Part shown: piece after piece, positions 20,842 to 29,566 of the stretch
Position numbering within the stretch: position 1 is the stretch's first letter
Layout of the letters: every line of letters starts with the position of its first letter
Origin: Fibrobacter sp.
Lineage (GTDB): Bacteria > Fibrobacterota > Fibrobacteria > Fibrobacterales > Fibrobacteraceae
Direction of reading: 5' to 3'
Assembly (NCBI GenBank): GCA_017626945.1
Contig: JAGAHT010000024.1
Coordinates: 1,120-65,119, forward strand
DNA: 64,000 nucleotides
Notes under the pieces: generated by a model
Database searches by the model: none
What the model was told of the DNA's origin: nothing
What the model saw: the letters and a program-made list of their open reading frames with translations, nothing else
Program-made: the position numbers and the translations under genes

Positions 20842-20986
20842 GTTCCTATCCGTCCTTCAAAATATACTCAATTCGCACAGGTTCGCAAGGCGTAAATAAG
20901 AATTATTCATCCCTTCTTTTGGTGTCTTTTGGGTTGATTTGGCATAATTCACGCCTTACACCAAAGCGTATCTAGTTTACGGGCTG

Positions 20987-21337
20987 ATGAATGAAATGGC
21001 CCTTGACAATTCCCACGACATTTTCCTTGATGGCGACCACATCTGCCGTATCGGCAACATCGCCAAAAAGGTACGGCAGGCTGTTCTCTGCCTGTTAAAG
21101 ACGGAAGAAGGGGAAGCGTTCACCAACATCGAACACGGAGTCCCCTGGCTTGAGAAGATAGCCGGTTTACCCATTTCACACCTTGATGTAGCCCAGCGCA
21201 TCATTCGCGAAAAAATCGAGGCGGTCAAGGGAGTAAAATCCGTAATCGCGATAGACCTCGCAACAGACGGAAGAAACCTCACGGGAAAATTCAGCGTCCA
21301 GAGCATCGACGGCAGAACCATCAACGGGGATTTCTAG
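20987..21337 (+). CDS. Baseplate wedge / sheath initiator (gp25/DUF2634-like)
   Basis: VRQAVLCLLKTEEGEAF..HGVPWLEKI motif. Confidence 0.75.
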   Translation: MNEMALDNSHDIFLDGDHICRIGNIAKKVRQAVLCLLKTEEGEAFTNIEHGVPWLEKIAGLPISHLDVAQRIIREKIEAVKGVKSVIAIDLATDGRNLTGKFSVQSIDGRTINGDF

Positions 21338-21339
21338 CG

Positions 21340-22323
21340 ATGGCGATAAACGCAGTCATTGTGGACTCTATATCGGGTATCTCCATCAAGAGCTACCGCG
21401 AAATCCGCCAAGCCATCGCCACCAGCTTTACGGAAGTGTTTGGCGCCTCCATCAACCTTGAGCCGTCCTCTCCCGACGGCATGTTCGTTGACCTGCTTGC
21501 ATACATGTACACGGAGCTTGCACAGGTGATACAGACCGTCGGTGCGAACATTGACGTTTCAACAGCGACGGGGACTTTCCTGGACATGCTCGCCTCTATT
21601 GCGGGACTTGCACGAAACGAGGGCGAAACGGACGAATCCCTAAGACAGCGCATAGAGACTGCGACATTCGACGGTTTGGCGACTCCCGACGGAATGACGA
21701 CCTACCTGAAAGAGAACATCACGGACGGCATCACCTTCAAGGAAAACACGAAGAACGAGACCGTCGGCGGAATCCCCGCCCATTCTTTCGTGATATTCGT
21801 CCCAGCCACTTTCAGCACAGAGGATATTGACCCGTCCGATAAGGACTGGCAAGCCATTCTCGACGACAGCACACGCGCCCACACCGTCCAGAACTTCATC
21901 GCGCAAAAGATTTGGAACTGCAAGCCCGCAGGCATACAGAGCTACGGAAACAACAGCGGCGAGGCACGCGATGTAAGCGGCTTCCTGCAACAGGTCCAGT
22001 TCAGCTTCATCCAGGGCGTTTCCTACCTCGTTCACATTGACTTTACTGTCTATGACGAAGAAACCCTGCCATCAGACTATGAACAGGTCATAAAGAATGT
22101 CGTCTGCGAATGGGCCAAGAAGGAATACACTTCGGGAAAGGACTTGATACCGCAAAGAATCAGCGCCCCCATCTACAACGATGTTCCGGGCATCGAGTCC
22201 ATCACGGTCACGGTCGCAAGCGTGGACAATCCGCGCCACTGGACAGACGAGCGCGTCCCCATAGACGAAGACAAGATTGTTTCCATCACGGCAGAAAACA
22301 TCACGGTCTCGCTTGTAAGCTAG
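21340..22323 (+). CDS. Baseplate J-like protein
   Basis: SSPDGMFVD, ATGTFLDMLA, ETDESLRQR, GGIPAHS. Confidence 0.85.
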   Translation: MAINAVIVDSISGISIKSYREIRQAIATSFTEVFGASINLEPSSPDGMFVDLLAYMYTELAQVIQTVGANIDVSTATGTFLDMLASIAGLARNEGETDESLRQRIETATFDGLATPDGMTTYLKENITDGITFKENTKNETVGGIPAHSFVIFVPATFSTEDIDPSDKDWQAILDDSTRAHTVQNFIAQKIWNCKPAGIQSYGNNSGEARDVSGFLQQVQFSFIQGVSYLVHIDFTVYDEETLPSDYEQVIKNVVCEWAKKEYTSGKDLIPQRISAPIYNDVPGIESITVTVASVDNPRHWTDERVPIDEDKIVSITAENITVSLVS

Positions 22324-22332
22324 GAAACCGCC

Positions 22333-22950
22333 ATGCAGCACATCACGGACTTATGGCAGCATATCCAGCACCTTGTAATCACGCAGTACAGGGACTCCAC
22401 AAACCTTCTCTCGCTCTTGAGGAAGGTCTTTTCCAGCTTTCAGGATTTGGAGGATAGCGCGTTCAGGCTTTCCAACTTCGCGAACATCGACGAGGCGGAA
22501 GGTGAATGGCTCGACCTTATCGGAAAGTTCCGCAACATCCCGCGACAACCCGGCGAGACGGACGAAATGTATAAGGCGCGTCTCAAGATTTCCTTCAAGA
22601 AAAACTCCGCAGGAACGCCGAACAATATCATTGAAAACGCCCGTGACCTTTCGGGCGACCCGAACCCGCATTTCCTTGACGAATGTCCCGCCATCTTTTT
22701 CGTCTATACGCCGCGAGGCAGGCAGCTTCGACGCCGCGTACTTCAAATGCTGGCGCCTGCTGGCGTTCTCGCGCTCCCTGCTGCGGGATTGAAGCTGGCT
22801 GGTTCAAATAGGTTCCTCGCGACGGTGCAGCATCCGCAAAAGAAGATTGTGACCGTCGCGCTTGAGGAAAGCGTAATCGAGAACAACTATCTCACGACAG
22901 AAACTGGGCAACGGATAATGACCGAAGACGGCAAGTACATCGTCTTATAG
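22333..22950 (+). CDS. Baseplate wedge protein (DUF2612-like)
   Basis: LVITQYRDS, AEGEWLDLIGK, DEMYKARLK. Confidence 0.8.
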   Translation: MQHITDLWQHIQHLVITQYRDSTNLLSLLRKVFSSFQDLEDSAFRLSNFANIDEAEGEWLDLIGKFRNIPRQPGETDEMYKARLKISFKKNSAGTPNNIIENARDLSGDPNPHFLDECPAIFFVYTPRGRQLRRRVLQMLAPAGVLALPAAGLKLAGSNRFLATVQHPQKKIVTVALEESVIENNYLTTETGQRIMTEDGKYIVL

Positions 22951-22958
22951 GAGAATCC

Positions 22959-23822
22959 ATGGCAGAAGAAAATACCACCATCCTAGAGCTGGACACAAGC
23001 ACGTTCGAAGCCCTCAAACAGGGCGGGTACTTTGCCGTAAGCATCCTTGGCCATACCTACAAGGTTGCCTTGAGTGATTTAGAAGGAGTAGGCGCAAGCG
23101 ACCACAAGGTCTGCGTCCAACAGGGCGACGAAGCGGGATTTCTCGCCAATGTTCTCGTTCCCGACGGGGACGCCATCACTCTCACGCCCCTAAACGGCAC
23201 TTTGCGAATAGGCGTAAACTTGACGGGAGAAAGCGACCCAAAACTCGCAACGCTGCCAGAATCGGATATAGACAGCGAAACGAGCAACTACGGTTCATAC
23301 CAGCTCAAGCAGGGCGCGGAAGAACTTGTCTGGGGCGACATTGAGGGCGAAACATTCGACTACTGCAACGCCAAGATATACCAGAGCATGAGAATATCGG
23401 ACGCCCAGGGTTCCATTTCAAAATGCACCATCGCGCTTGCAGGAACGCTTGCTTCGAATAACGCCTGCCTCTGCATCGGCGTTTTCGACACGGAAGGAAA
23501 CCTGCTCGGACACACGGGGCTGCGTCACTACGGCGTCGATTTCGACAGCTCGACGGAACTCTGCACTTTCGACATGATTGAAATGAGGCAGGGCGCCTTG
23601 ACGATAAAGCGGAACACGCGATATATCGTTCAAGTTTGGTCCGTAGGAGTTCAGCTCGCCGCCAAGGACAGAACCAATTACAACTACCAGTATGACTACA
23701 CGCTGCGTCAGAACCTGGAAACGACAGTCAGCAACAAGATTTATTTCGTTGACCCGCTGAACGGCATTTTCAGTACAGCAAGCAAGATTCCTTTCGTCTC
23801 GTTCGGCGCAAGCACCGTCTAA
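22959..23822 (+). CDS. Putative tail fibre/receptor-binding protein 1
   Basis: Position after the baseplate genes; beta-rich C-terminus. Confidence 0.5.
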   Translation: MAEENTTILELDTSTFEALKQGGYFAVSILGHTYKVALSDLEGVGASDHKVCVQQGDEAGFLANVLVPDGDAITLTPLNGTLRIGVNLTGESDPKLATLPESDIDSETSNYGSYQLKQGAEELVWGDIEGETFDYCNAKIYQSMRISDAQGSISKCTIALAGTLASNNACLCIGVFDTEGNLLGHTGLRHYGVDFDSSTELCTFDMIEMRQGALTIKRNTRYIVQVWSVGVQLAAKDRTNYNYQYDYTLRQNLETTVSNKIYFVDPLNGIFSTASKIPFVSFGASTV

Positions 23823-23837
23823 TTCAAGGAGCGTTTC

Positions 23838-24827
23838 ATGGAACTGGAAGAAAACATTACCACGGTACCGCTGCTTGAAGAAGCGGACAATCTTACCCTC
23901 AACGACCTTCTCTACATCGTGCAGGGTCTGAACTCCGACAGGGACAGGAAACTATCGCTTGAAAAACTGCGCGACTTTCTGCAAAGCGTTTTCAAGAACA
24001 TCACCGTCGTCGGCATAGGAAACCACCCCGACACGACAACCATCACTCCCTCCGGCGTGACTGTTTCCGGCATGGGTGGCTCTACAGAAATAGGGAAACA
24101 GGCGGTGACAACGACCTTTCTTTCCGCCTATTCGCTCACGCTTAGGAACTCCAATCATACAGTCACACTTTCCGTCAATGCTTCCACGAACGAGCTTGTG
24201 ATAGACCATTCCATCAATCTTGATGGAGATATTACCTCTAGCGGAAAATTTATCGCCAAAAGTGGAAGCACCGCAACGCACAATCTCTATACATCGGAGC
24301 TTGGGCCAAGCGGCCTCGAAATCAAGGGACCGGGCGGAACGACGAAGATTACGATGATAGCGCTCACGACGCAGTATATCTCCGCCCAGGTCTTGTCCAT
24401 AAGTGGACAGGCAACTATAAAGAAGCTCTCCACAGACCAGCTTATTCTCAACTTCACGCCGCTAGAACAGTCCGACGGAGACGCAAGCCAGGGACAGTAT
24501 CGTTCCATGACAAACTGCGAAAGCCACTGTACATCCGGCATACCGTCTGAATACTACACAGCCGTTTGCCCTGGAACATACGGCTACGAAGGAAACGATG
24601 ATTTCACGCTAAACTCAACCAGCCATGAAGTCGGCGAAGTCGTACTTGTCACCAATACAGGCAAGTACGGAGGCGGAACACCCGTAAACCACCCTATCAT
24701 CGTCTATCAGGCAAGCGATACAACGCGGTCGCATCATATCGCATCGATTGAGCCCGGAAACAGCAAACAATTTATCTACAGGGGTAAGGACTCGAACAAT
24801 TACCCCGTGTGGACTTCCTTGAATTAG
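23838..24827 (+). CDS. Putative tail fibre/receptor-binding protein 2
   Basis: N-terminal LLEEADNLTLNDLLYIVQG motif typical of tail appendages; Thr/Ser/Gly-rich. Confidence 0.55.
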   Translation: MELEENITTVPLLEEADNLTLNDLLYIVQGLNSDRDRKLSLEKLRDFLQSVFKNITVVGIGNHPDTTTITPSGVTVSGMGGSTEIGKQAVTTTFLSAYSLTLRNSNHTVTLSVNASTNELVIDHSINLDGDITSSGKFIAKSGSTATHNLYTSELGPSGLEIKGPGGTTKITMIALTTQYISAQVLSISGQATIKKLSTDQLILNFTPLEQSDGDASQGQYRSMTNCESHCTSGIPSEYYTAVCPGTYGYEGNDDFTLNSTSHEVGEVVLVTNTGKYGGGTPVNHPIIVYQASDTTRSHHIASIEPGNSKQFIYRGKDSNNYPVWTSLN

Positions 24828-24837
24828 GTAGAATGGC

Positions 24838-25125
24838 ATGACAACTAGAAAGGACAGCGCCAAATGGCGCGAAATGTTGAAGCCCCTCATCCTTGCGCTC
24901 ATCGCGCTTGCTTCGGCGACTACAGCCTATGTCAAGAGCCACAGCGAAGTAAGCGAGGGTTCGGAAAGAAACGCCGTTTCCATGGCCAAGATGGAAACGC
25001 GCATCGAGCTTATTGAACAGCGAACATCAAAAGTGGAACGGGAATCGGAAATCCTCAAGGGGACTCTTTCCGACATAAAGAGCGATGTTTCGTTTATCAG
25101 GGGAAAGATGGAAGCGCAGAAATAG
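24838..25125 (+). CDS. Small membrane-anchored coiled-coil protein (holin/XhlA-like candidate)
   Basis: One TM segment (LILALIALASATTAYV) then coiled coil; sits at the end of the tail operon. Confidence 0.45.
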   Translation: MTTRKDSAKWREMLKPLILALIALASATTAYVKSHSEVSEGSERNAVSMAKMETRIELIEQRTSKVERESEILKGTLSDIKSDVSFIRGKMEAQK

Positions 25126-25129
25126 CTTC

Positions 25130-25294
25130 TTATTCTTTTTCCTTGGGCTTGTTTTTCGCACCCTTGGGCCTTCCGCCCTTCTTGCCGTTCTCGGCGCTGG
25201 TGGGCTTGGGACGGCTCCCAATCATCTGCGAATGAATTGAACGCACTTCCGCGTCCGTAAGAATTTTTCCGCAATGCGGACACCTTGCTGGCAT
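25130..25294 (-). CDS. 54-aa basic putative DNA-binding protein (CxxC plus ENGKKGGRPKG motif)
   Basis: Not in the ORF track; GGAG RBS, MPARCPHCGKILTDAEVRSIHSQMIGSRPKPTSAENGKKGGRPKGAKNKPKEKE. Confidence 0.7.
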   Translation of the reverse strand: MPARCPHCGKILTDAEVRSIHSQMIGSRPKPTSAENGKKGGRPKGAKNKPKEKE

Positions 25295-25310
25295 AGGATT
25301 CTCCCGTTTT

Positions 25311-25327
25311 ACCTAATCAAGATAGGT
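25311..25327. promoter_or_regulatory. Operator-like site, copy 2 (ACCTAA-TCAAG-ATAGGT)
   Basis: Differs at one position from the reverse complement of the copy-1 core; 17 bp upstream of the 54-aa ORF start. Confidence 0.55.
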
Positions 25328-25447
25328 TTATTTGCCGAATTTGTAAAGGTATAGTCAAAGAAAAATTGAATTGTATGCAAATTTTATTGCATTTTATTCA
25401 AAAATGTATTAAATTCTATTCAATTCTTTTGCATAGGATTCAATTTT

Positions 25448-25918
25448 ATGGAAATTCGGGAAGTCGAAATCGGGCTTTTGAAGCCATACGAGAATAACCC
25501 GCGCAACAACGAGGCGGCAGTTGACAAGGTGGCCGCGAGCATTTCCGAGTTCGGTTTCAAGGTTCCCATCATCATCGACAGGGAAAACGTAATCGTCGCG
25601 GGACACACGCGCTATCTCGCCGCGCAGAAGCTGGAGCTGCAAAAAGTCCCCTGCATTGTCGCGGACGACCTGACCCCGAATCAGATTAAGGCGTTCCGCC
25701 TCGCTGACAACAAAGTCTCGGAATTTAGCGGCTGGGATTTCCAGAAGCTCAACGAAGAACTTTCATTCCTCGGAGAAGCGGCCTTTGACCTGGAACAGTT
25801 CGGATTCCTGCCGAACGAGAACGTGGATTTCGACAGTTTCCTGACGGATGAAGAAAATCCGCAAAAGAAACCCAAGACCATCACCTGCCCTCACTGCGGA
25901 AAGACCTTCGAGAAATAA
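25448..25918 (+). CDS. ParB N-terminal domain protein with C-terminal CxxC
   Basis: LKPYENNPRNN..AVDKVAASISEFGFKVPIIID..IVAGHTRY; ends TCPHCGKTF. Confidence 0.85.
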   Translation: MEIREVEIGLLKPYENNPRNNEAAVDKVAASISEFGFKVPIIIDRENVIVAGHTRYLAAQKLELQKVPCIVADDLTPNQIKAFRLADNKVSEFSGWDFQKLNEELSFLGEAAFDLEQFGFLPNENVDFDSFLTDEENPQKKPKTITCPHCGKTFEK

Positions 25919-26658
25919 TGCTTCTACACATGGCGACAGATGGACTCGTAGGAGATTTCTACACCAAGTTCCCGAAGAAGGAACTCAATATCCTTACGTC
26001 CTTTGAATATAAAAGCTCGTTGATGGGAAACGATGTTCGCGAGTTCAACCACTTTATCGCGGACAGCGGCGCATTCACGGCGATGGCAAGCGGCAAGAAG
26101 ATTGACGACAGCTATATCGACAGCTACATCGAATGGATAAAGGGCGCACACATCGACCATTTCATCGAAATGGACATTGACGAGATTGTCGGCATAGATA
26201 AGGTCAAGCAAATCCGAAACCGCATAGAACGTGCAACGGGAAAGCAAAGCATCCCCGTTTGGCATCTAGGCCGCAAGAAGGAAGGATGGCTTGACATGGT
26301 GAAGAACTACCCCTATGTCGCGCTCTCGCTTAGCGGATTTACAGCATCGAGCAAATGGCTCAAGGCGAACGACTGGAAACCGCTTCACTACTTCCTCGAC
26401 ACGGCAGCAGAAAACGGCTCCAAGGTTCACGCACTCGGATGCACGAACTGGGGGCTTCTGCGCAAGTTCCATTTCTACAGCAGCGACTCAAGCACATGGA
26501 GCCTCGGCGAAAGATACGGGACGTGTTTCGTGTTCCAGGATGGCGTAATGAAGGTCGTCTCGCTCCCCAAGAAATTCAAGAAGAACAAGAAAACTCTTGG
26601 CTTCCATAACAAACAACAATGGTTCAAGGCAATGCAATATGCAAAAATCAAGATGTGA
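25918..26658 (+). CDS. dpdA: DpdA-like (TGT-fold) 7-deazaguanine DNA insertion enzyme
   Basis: IADSGAFT, EMDID, IPVWH, VHALGCT, YSSDSSTW motifs; directly upstream of queC/E/D-folE. Confidence 0.7.
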   Translation: MLLHMATDGLVGDFYTKFPKKELNILTSFEYKSSLMGNDVREFNHFIADSGAFTAMASGKKIDDSYIDSYIEWIKGAHIDHFIEMDIDEIVGIDKVKQIRNRIERATGKQSIPVWHLGRKKEGWLDMVKNYPYVALSLSGFTASSKWLKANDWKPLHYFLDTAAENGSKVHALGCTNWGLLRKFHFYSSDSSTWSLGERYGTCFVFQDGVMKVVSLPKKFKKNKKTLGFHNKQQWFKAMQYAKIKM

Positions 26659-27301
26659 CGCAATCTTGCTGCTTTCGGGCGGCATCGACAGCACGACAGT
26701 TCTGGAACAGCTGACGAAGCAGGGCAAGAAGGTTTTCTGCCTTATCTTCGACTACAAGCAGAGTCTGCGCAAGGAAATCGCGGTGGCGGCGTCCAACGCG
26801 AAGCGGCTGAAACAGCCCTACAAAATTGTTTCCATTGACCTCGGATTTACGGGAAGCAAGTGTTCCCTCATTTCCAAGTCCAGGATAAGCGAGAATCGCA
26901 GCTTCGAGCAGATTGATTCCGCGACTCCCACAAGCTATGTGGAATTCAGAAACGGCATCCTGCTTTCCTACGCGGTCATGTTCGCGGAGGTCAACGGCAT
27001 AAACGACATTTACGGCGGTTTTAACGGGCTTGCAAGCGGACAATACCCCGACGACACATATTCATTCGTCAAGGCGTTCGAGAAGGCTGCAAACGCCGGT
27101 ACAGCGCCCGGTTTCAAGGTCAAGATTCATGCGCCCTTCTCAAGGATTTGCAAGAGCGAAATCGTCAAGCTGGGACGCAAAATCGGCGTCGATTACGAAA
27201 AGAACACCTGGAGCTGCTACAGGAACGGGAAAAATCACTGCGGCAAGTGTGACAGCTGCTTGCAGCGCAAAAGGGCATTGGCCATAGGGGAAATCATCTA
27301 A
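26639..27301 (+). CDS. queC: 7-cyano-7-deazaguanine synthase
   Basis: LLSGGIDSTT, TSYVEFRNGILLS, GQYPD, TWSCY..HCGKCDSCLQR. Confidence 0.93.
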   Translation: MQKSRCDAILLLSGGIDSTTVLEQLTKQGKKVFCLIFDYKQSLRKEIAVAASNAKRLKQPYKIVSIDLGFTGSKCSLISKSRISENRSFEQIDSATPTSYVEFRNGILLSYAVMFAEVNGINDIYGGFNGLASGQYPDDTYSFVKAFEKAANAGTAPGFKVKIHAPFSRICKSEIVKLGRKIGVDYEKNTWSCYRNGKNHCGKCDSCLQRKRALAIGEII

Positions 27302-27870
27302 TGGAAAAAATCTACAGGATAAACAAGATATTCTTTAGCATCCAGGGCGAAGGAAAGCGCGTTGGAACGCCACAGGTTTTCGTGCGTTTCAGCGGATGCA
27401 ACATGAAGTGTCCCTTCTGCGACACCGAGCACGAACCCTTCGACGAAATGACCGCCGAACAGATTATCCAGACCTGTCTTTCCATCGCGGGAAATTGCAG
27501 GAGCGTTTCTTTCTGCGGTGGTGAACCCACCTTGCAGCTGGACGACGAACTCATAAAGGCTTTTGATGGCTGGTACAAGTCCATCGAGACAAACGGAACG
27601 CACAAGGTTCCGCAGGGCATCGACTACATCGTCTGTAGTCCCAAGACTTCGCGCATCGAGCCGGACAACATTGACGAACTGCGTTTCGTCATAAAAGCTG
27701 GCGACCCGCTGCCGACCCCTTGCAAGACTGCGAAACGCATGTGCCTTAGCCCATGCTTTGACGGGGACAACCTCGTCAAGGAAAACCTCTATCACTGCAT
27801 AAAGCTGGTGCAGGAAAACCCCAGCTGGTTTCTCTCGCTTCAATGGCACAAGTTCATCGGTATCGAGTAG
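27301..27870 (+). CDS. queE: 7-carboxy-7-deazaguanine synthase (radical SAM)
   Basis: IFFSIQGEG..FVRFSGCNMKCPFCDT, GGEPTLQ, IETNGT, LSLQWHK. Confidence 0.93.
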   Translation: MEKIYRINKIFFSIQGEGKRVGTPQVFVRFSGCNMKCPFCDTEHEPFDEMTAEQIIQTCLSIAGNCRSVSFCGGEPTLQLDDELIKAFDGWYKSIETNGTHKVPQGIDYIVCSPKTSRIEPDNIDELRFVIKAGDPLPTPCKTAKRMCLSPCFDGDNLVKENLYHCIKLVQENPSWFLSLQWHKFIGIE

Positions 27871-27924
27871 CCTGTTTCGTTTCAAGGGCGGGATTCTTCC
27901 TGCCCATTCCCATAGGAGAAAGCA

Positions 27925-28266
27925 ATGTATCGAGTATGCAAGAGACTGGAAATTTCGGGAGCGCACCGTCTGGAACTCCCTTATCCGAGCAAGTGCAGCA
28001 ACCTTCACGGCCATAACTGGCTTGTGACCATTTTCTGCAAGAGCAAGACGCTCGACAAGGACGGAATGGTTATCGACTTCACCCACATCAAGAAGATAAT
28101 CATGGAAAAGCTCGACCACGCCTACATCAACGACGTGGTGGATTTCAACCCGACCGCCGAGAATATGGCGAAATGGATTTGCGACCAGGTGCCGTTCTGC
28201 CACAAGGTCGTTATTCAGGAAAGCGAGGGGAACCTGGCGCAATATGATAAAGACGAAGAAGATTGA
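27925..28266 (+). CDS. queD: 6-carboxytetrahydropterin synthase
   Basis: SGAHRL..KCSNLHGHNW, GMVIDF, LDHAYIND, PTAENMAKWI. Confidence 0.93.
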   Translation: MYRVCKRLEISGAHRLELPYPSKCSNLHGHNWLVTIFCKSKTLDKDGMVIDFTHIKKIIMEKLDHAYINDVVDFNPTAENMAKWICDQVPFCHKVVIQESEGNLAQYDKDEED

Positions 28267-28807
28267 ACAGCTTGTACGGCAGCTTCTTGAGGCGCTGAAT
28301 GACAACCCCGACCGCGAAGGTTTAAGGGACACGCCGCGCCGTGTCGCGAAATACTATGCCGAAATGTTCGAAGGCCAGAACTACACGAACGCACAGCTCG
28401 CGAAGAAGTTCGGCAAGTGTTTCAAGCAGGATGCAGACGGTCAAATCGTTTCCGTTGACGATATAACGATTTTCAGCCACTGCGAGCACCATCTTGCCCT
28501 CATGTACGACATGAAGGTTTCTATCCGCTATATCCCGCACGGGAAAGTTCTCGGACTCTCCAAGTTCGCAAGAATTTCCGAAATGGTGGGAAAGCGTTTG
28601 CAGCTCCAGGAGAAAATCGGCAGCGACATTGCCGAGGTAATCATGCTCGCGACTGGAAGTAAGGACGTAGAAGTCCGCATCGAGGCGAAACACGCCTGCG
28701 TCACGGCAAGGGGCGCAAAGAACTGCAACATGGTCACGCGTACGCTTTTCTCAAGCGGCGCCTTCAAAACTCACTTGACCTCGAATGTCACGGAGTCTAT
28801 AAGCTGA
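28244..28807 (+). CDS. folE: GTP cyclohydrolase I
   Basis: PDREGLRDTPRRVA, SHCEHH, GLSKFARI, RLQLQE, AKHACV..RG. Confidence 0.93.
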   Translation: MIKTKKIEQLVRQLLEALNDNPDREGLRDTPRRVAKYYAEMFEGQNYTNAQLAKKFGKCFKQDADGQIVSVDDITIFSHCEHHLALMYDMKVSIRYIPHGKVLGLSKFARISEMVGKRLQLQEKIGSDIAEVIMLATGSKDVEVRIEAKHACVTARGAKNCNMVTRTLFSSGAFKTHLTSNVTESIS

Positions 28808-29322
28808 TGCGTGTCGATAAGCGGAGTAGCACTGGGCCGTCCTTGCCTGATTCTCGCCTGCACGGTGGCATCGTGCAGCGGCTCGTACTTTTCGCTGTCG
28901 CGCATCGCGAGCGTGATGCAGTCCTTCAAGCGCATTCCCAGTTCCTCGCACATCGTCTGGACGGTCATTTCGCCGTTGATTATCTGCGGGAGATACTTGC
29001 GTTCAAGTTTCGGCATGATGGCGCGAAACCGTTCCATGGCAAAACGCAGGAAGGGCCTTGCCGGAATTTCCGGGTAGTGGACGCCCTCAAGCGTCGTCCC
29101 TTCCTTACGGCCGTAATTCAGCGTTCTCGCTATCAACGAATTGGAAGCGGGTTCCCTCAATGCGGGAGTCAGCTTTCCCGTCTTTTTTCTGTAATCGAGA
29201 TTTTCCTTCGCTTTCCGTGCAGTCCCGTTTCCATCTATCCAGCCCGATAGAATGGTCTTTTCGTTCAGCTTCTTTAGAGCGTCAAACCTTTTTCTCAATC
29301 CCTCGAAATCCGTGATAGCCAT
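28771..29322 (-). CDS. Virion morphogenesis / tail-completion protein (HK97 gp10-like), inverted and displaced
   Basis: ARTLNYG, IPARPFLR, PLIDTHQLIDSVTFEVK; likely start MAITDF at 29322. Confidence 0.75.
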   Translation of the reverse strand: MAITDFEGLRKRFDALKKLNEKTILSGWIDGNGTARKAKENLDYRKKTGKLTPALREPASNSLIARTLNYGRKEGTTLEGVHYPEIPARPFLRFAMERFRAIMPKLERKYLPQIINGEMTVQTMCEELGMRLKDCITLAMRDSEKYEPLHDATVQARIRQGRPSATPLIDTHQLIDSVTFEVK

Positions 29323-29347
29323 ATCCACAACATAGGAAAAACTTTCT

Positions 29348-29563
29348 ATGGGGAACAAAATCTTAAACAAAGACCTAATCACGCCTAAACCGGGCTACTT
29401 CACGATAAAGGAGGTGGCCGACAAAATCGGCTTCAACCACTTCACGGTCTATGACTGGGTGCATACTCGCGGTATGCCCGTGAGAAGAAGCTGCAAGCGC
29501 GGACGCATGACCGTTTACTGGCCCGATTTTCTGCGGTGGTGGAAGGAGTTGAGGAACGACTGA
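29348..29563 (+). CDS. Excisionase-like/MerR-type helix-turn-helix protein
   Basis: YFTIKEVADKIGFNHFTVYDWVHTRGMP. Confidence 0.7.
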   Translation: MGNKILNKDLITPKPGYFTIKEVADKIGFNHFTVYDWVHTRGMPVRRSCKRGRMTVYWPDFLRWWKELRND

Positions 29564-29566
29564 TGT

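Noticed and set aside
22959-24827. Diversity-generating retroelement or invertible tail-fibre cassette
   Set aside because: No reverse transcriptase, no TR/VR repeat pair, no invertase or flanking inverted repeats seen.
7051-25125. Type VI secretion system or tailocin
   Set aside because: Capsid, portal and terminase are present and there is no membrane complex or ClpV, so it is phage-like.
27871-27924. preQ1 riboswitch between queE and queD
   Set aside because: Only a short GGGCGGGA/TCCTGCCC hairpin; the preQ1-I loop and A-rich tail consensus are absent.
29348-29563. Excisionase marking an integration module
   Set aside because: No integrase nearby; MerR-type HTH genes commonly precede terS, so it is not taken as att evidence.
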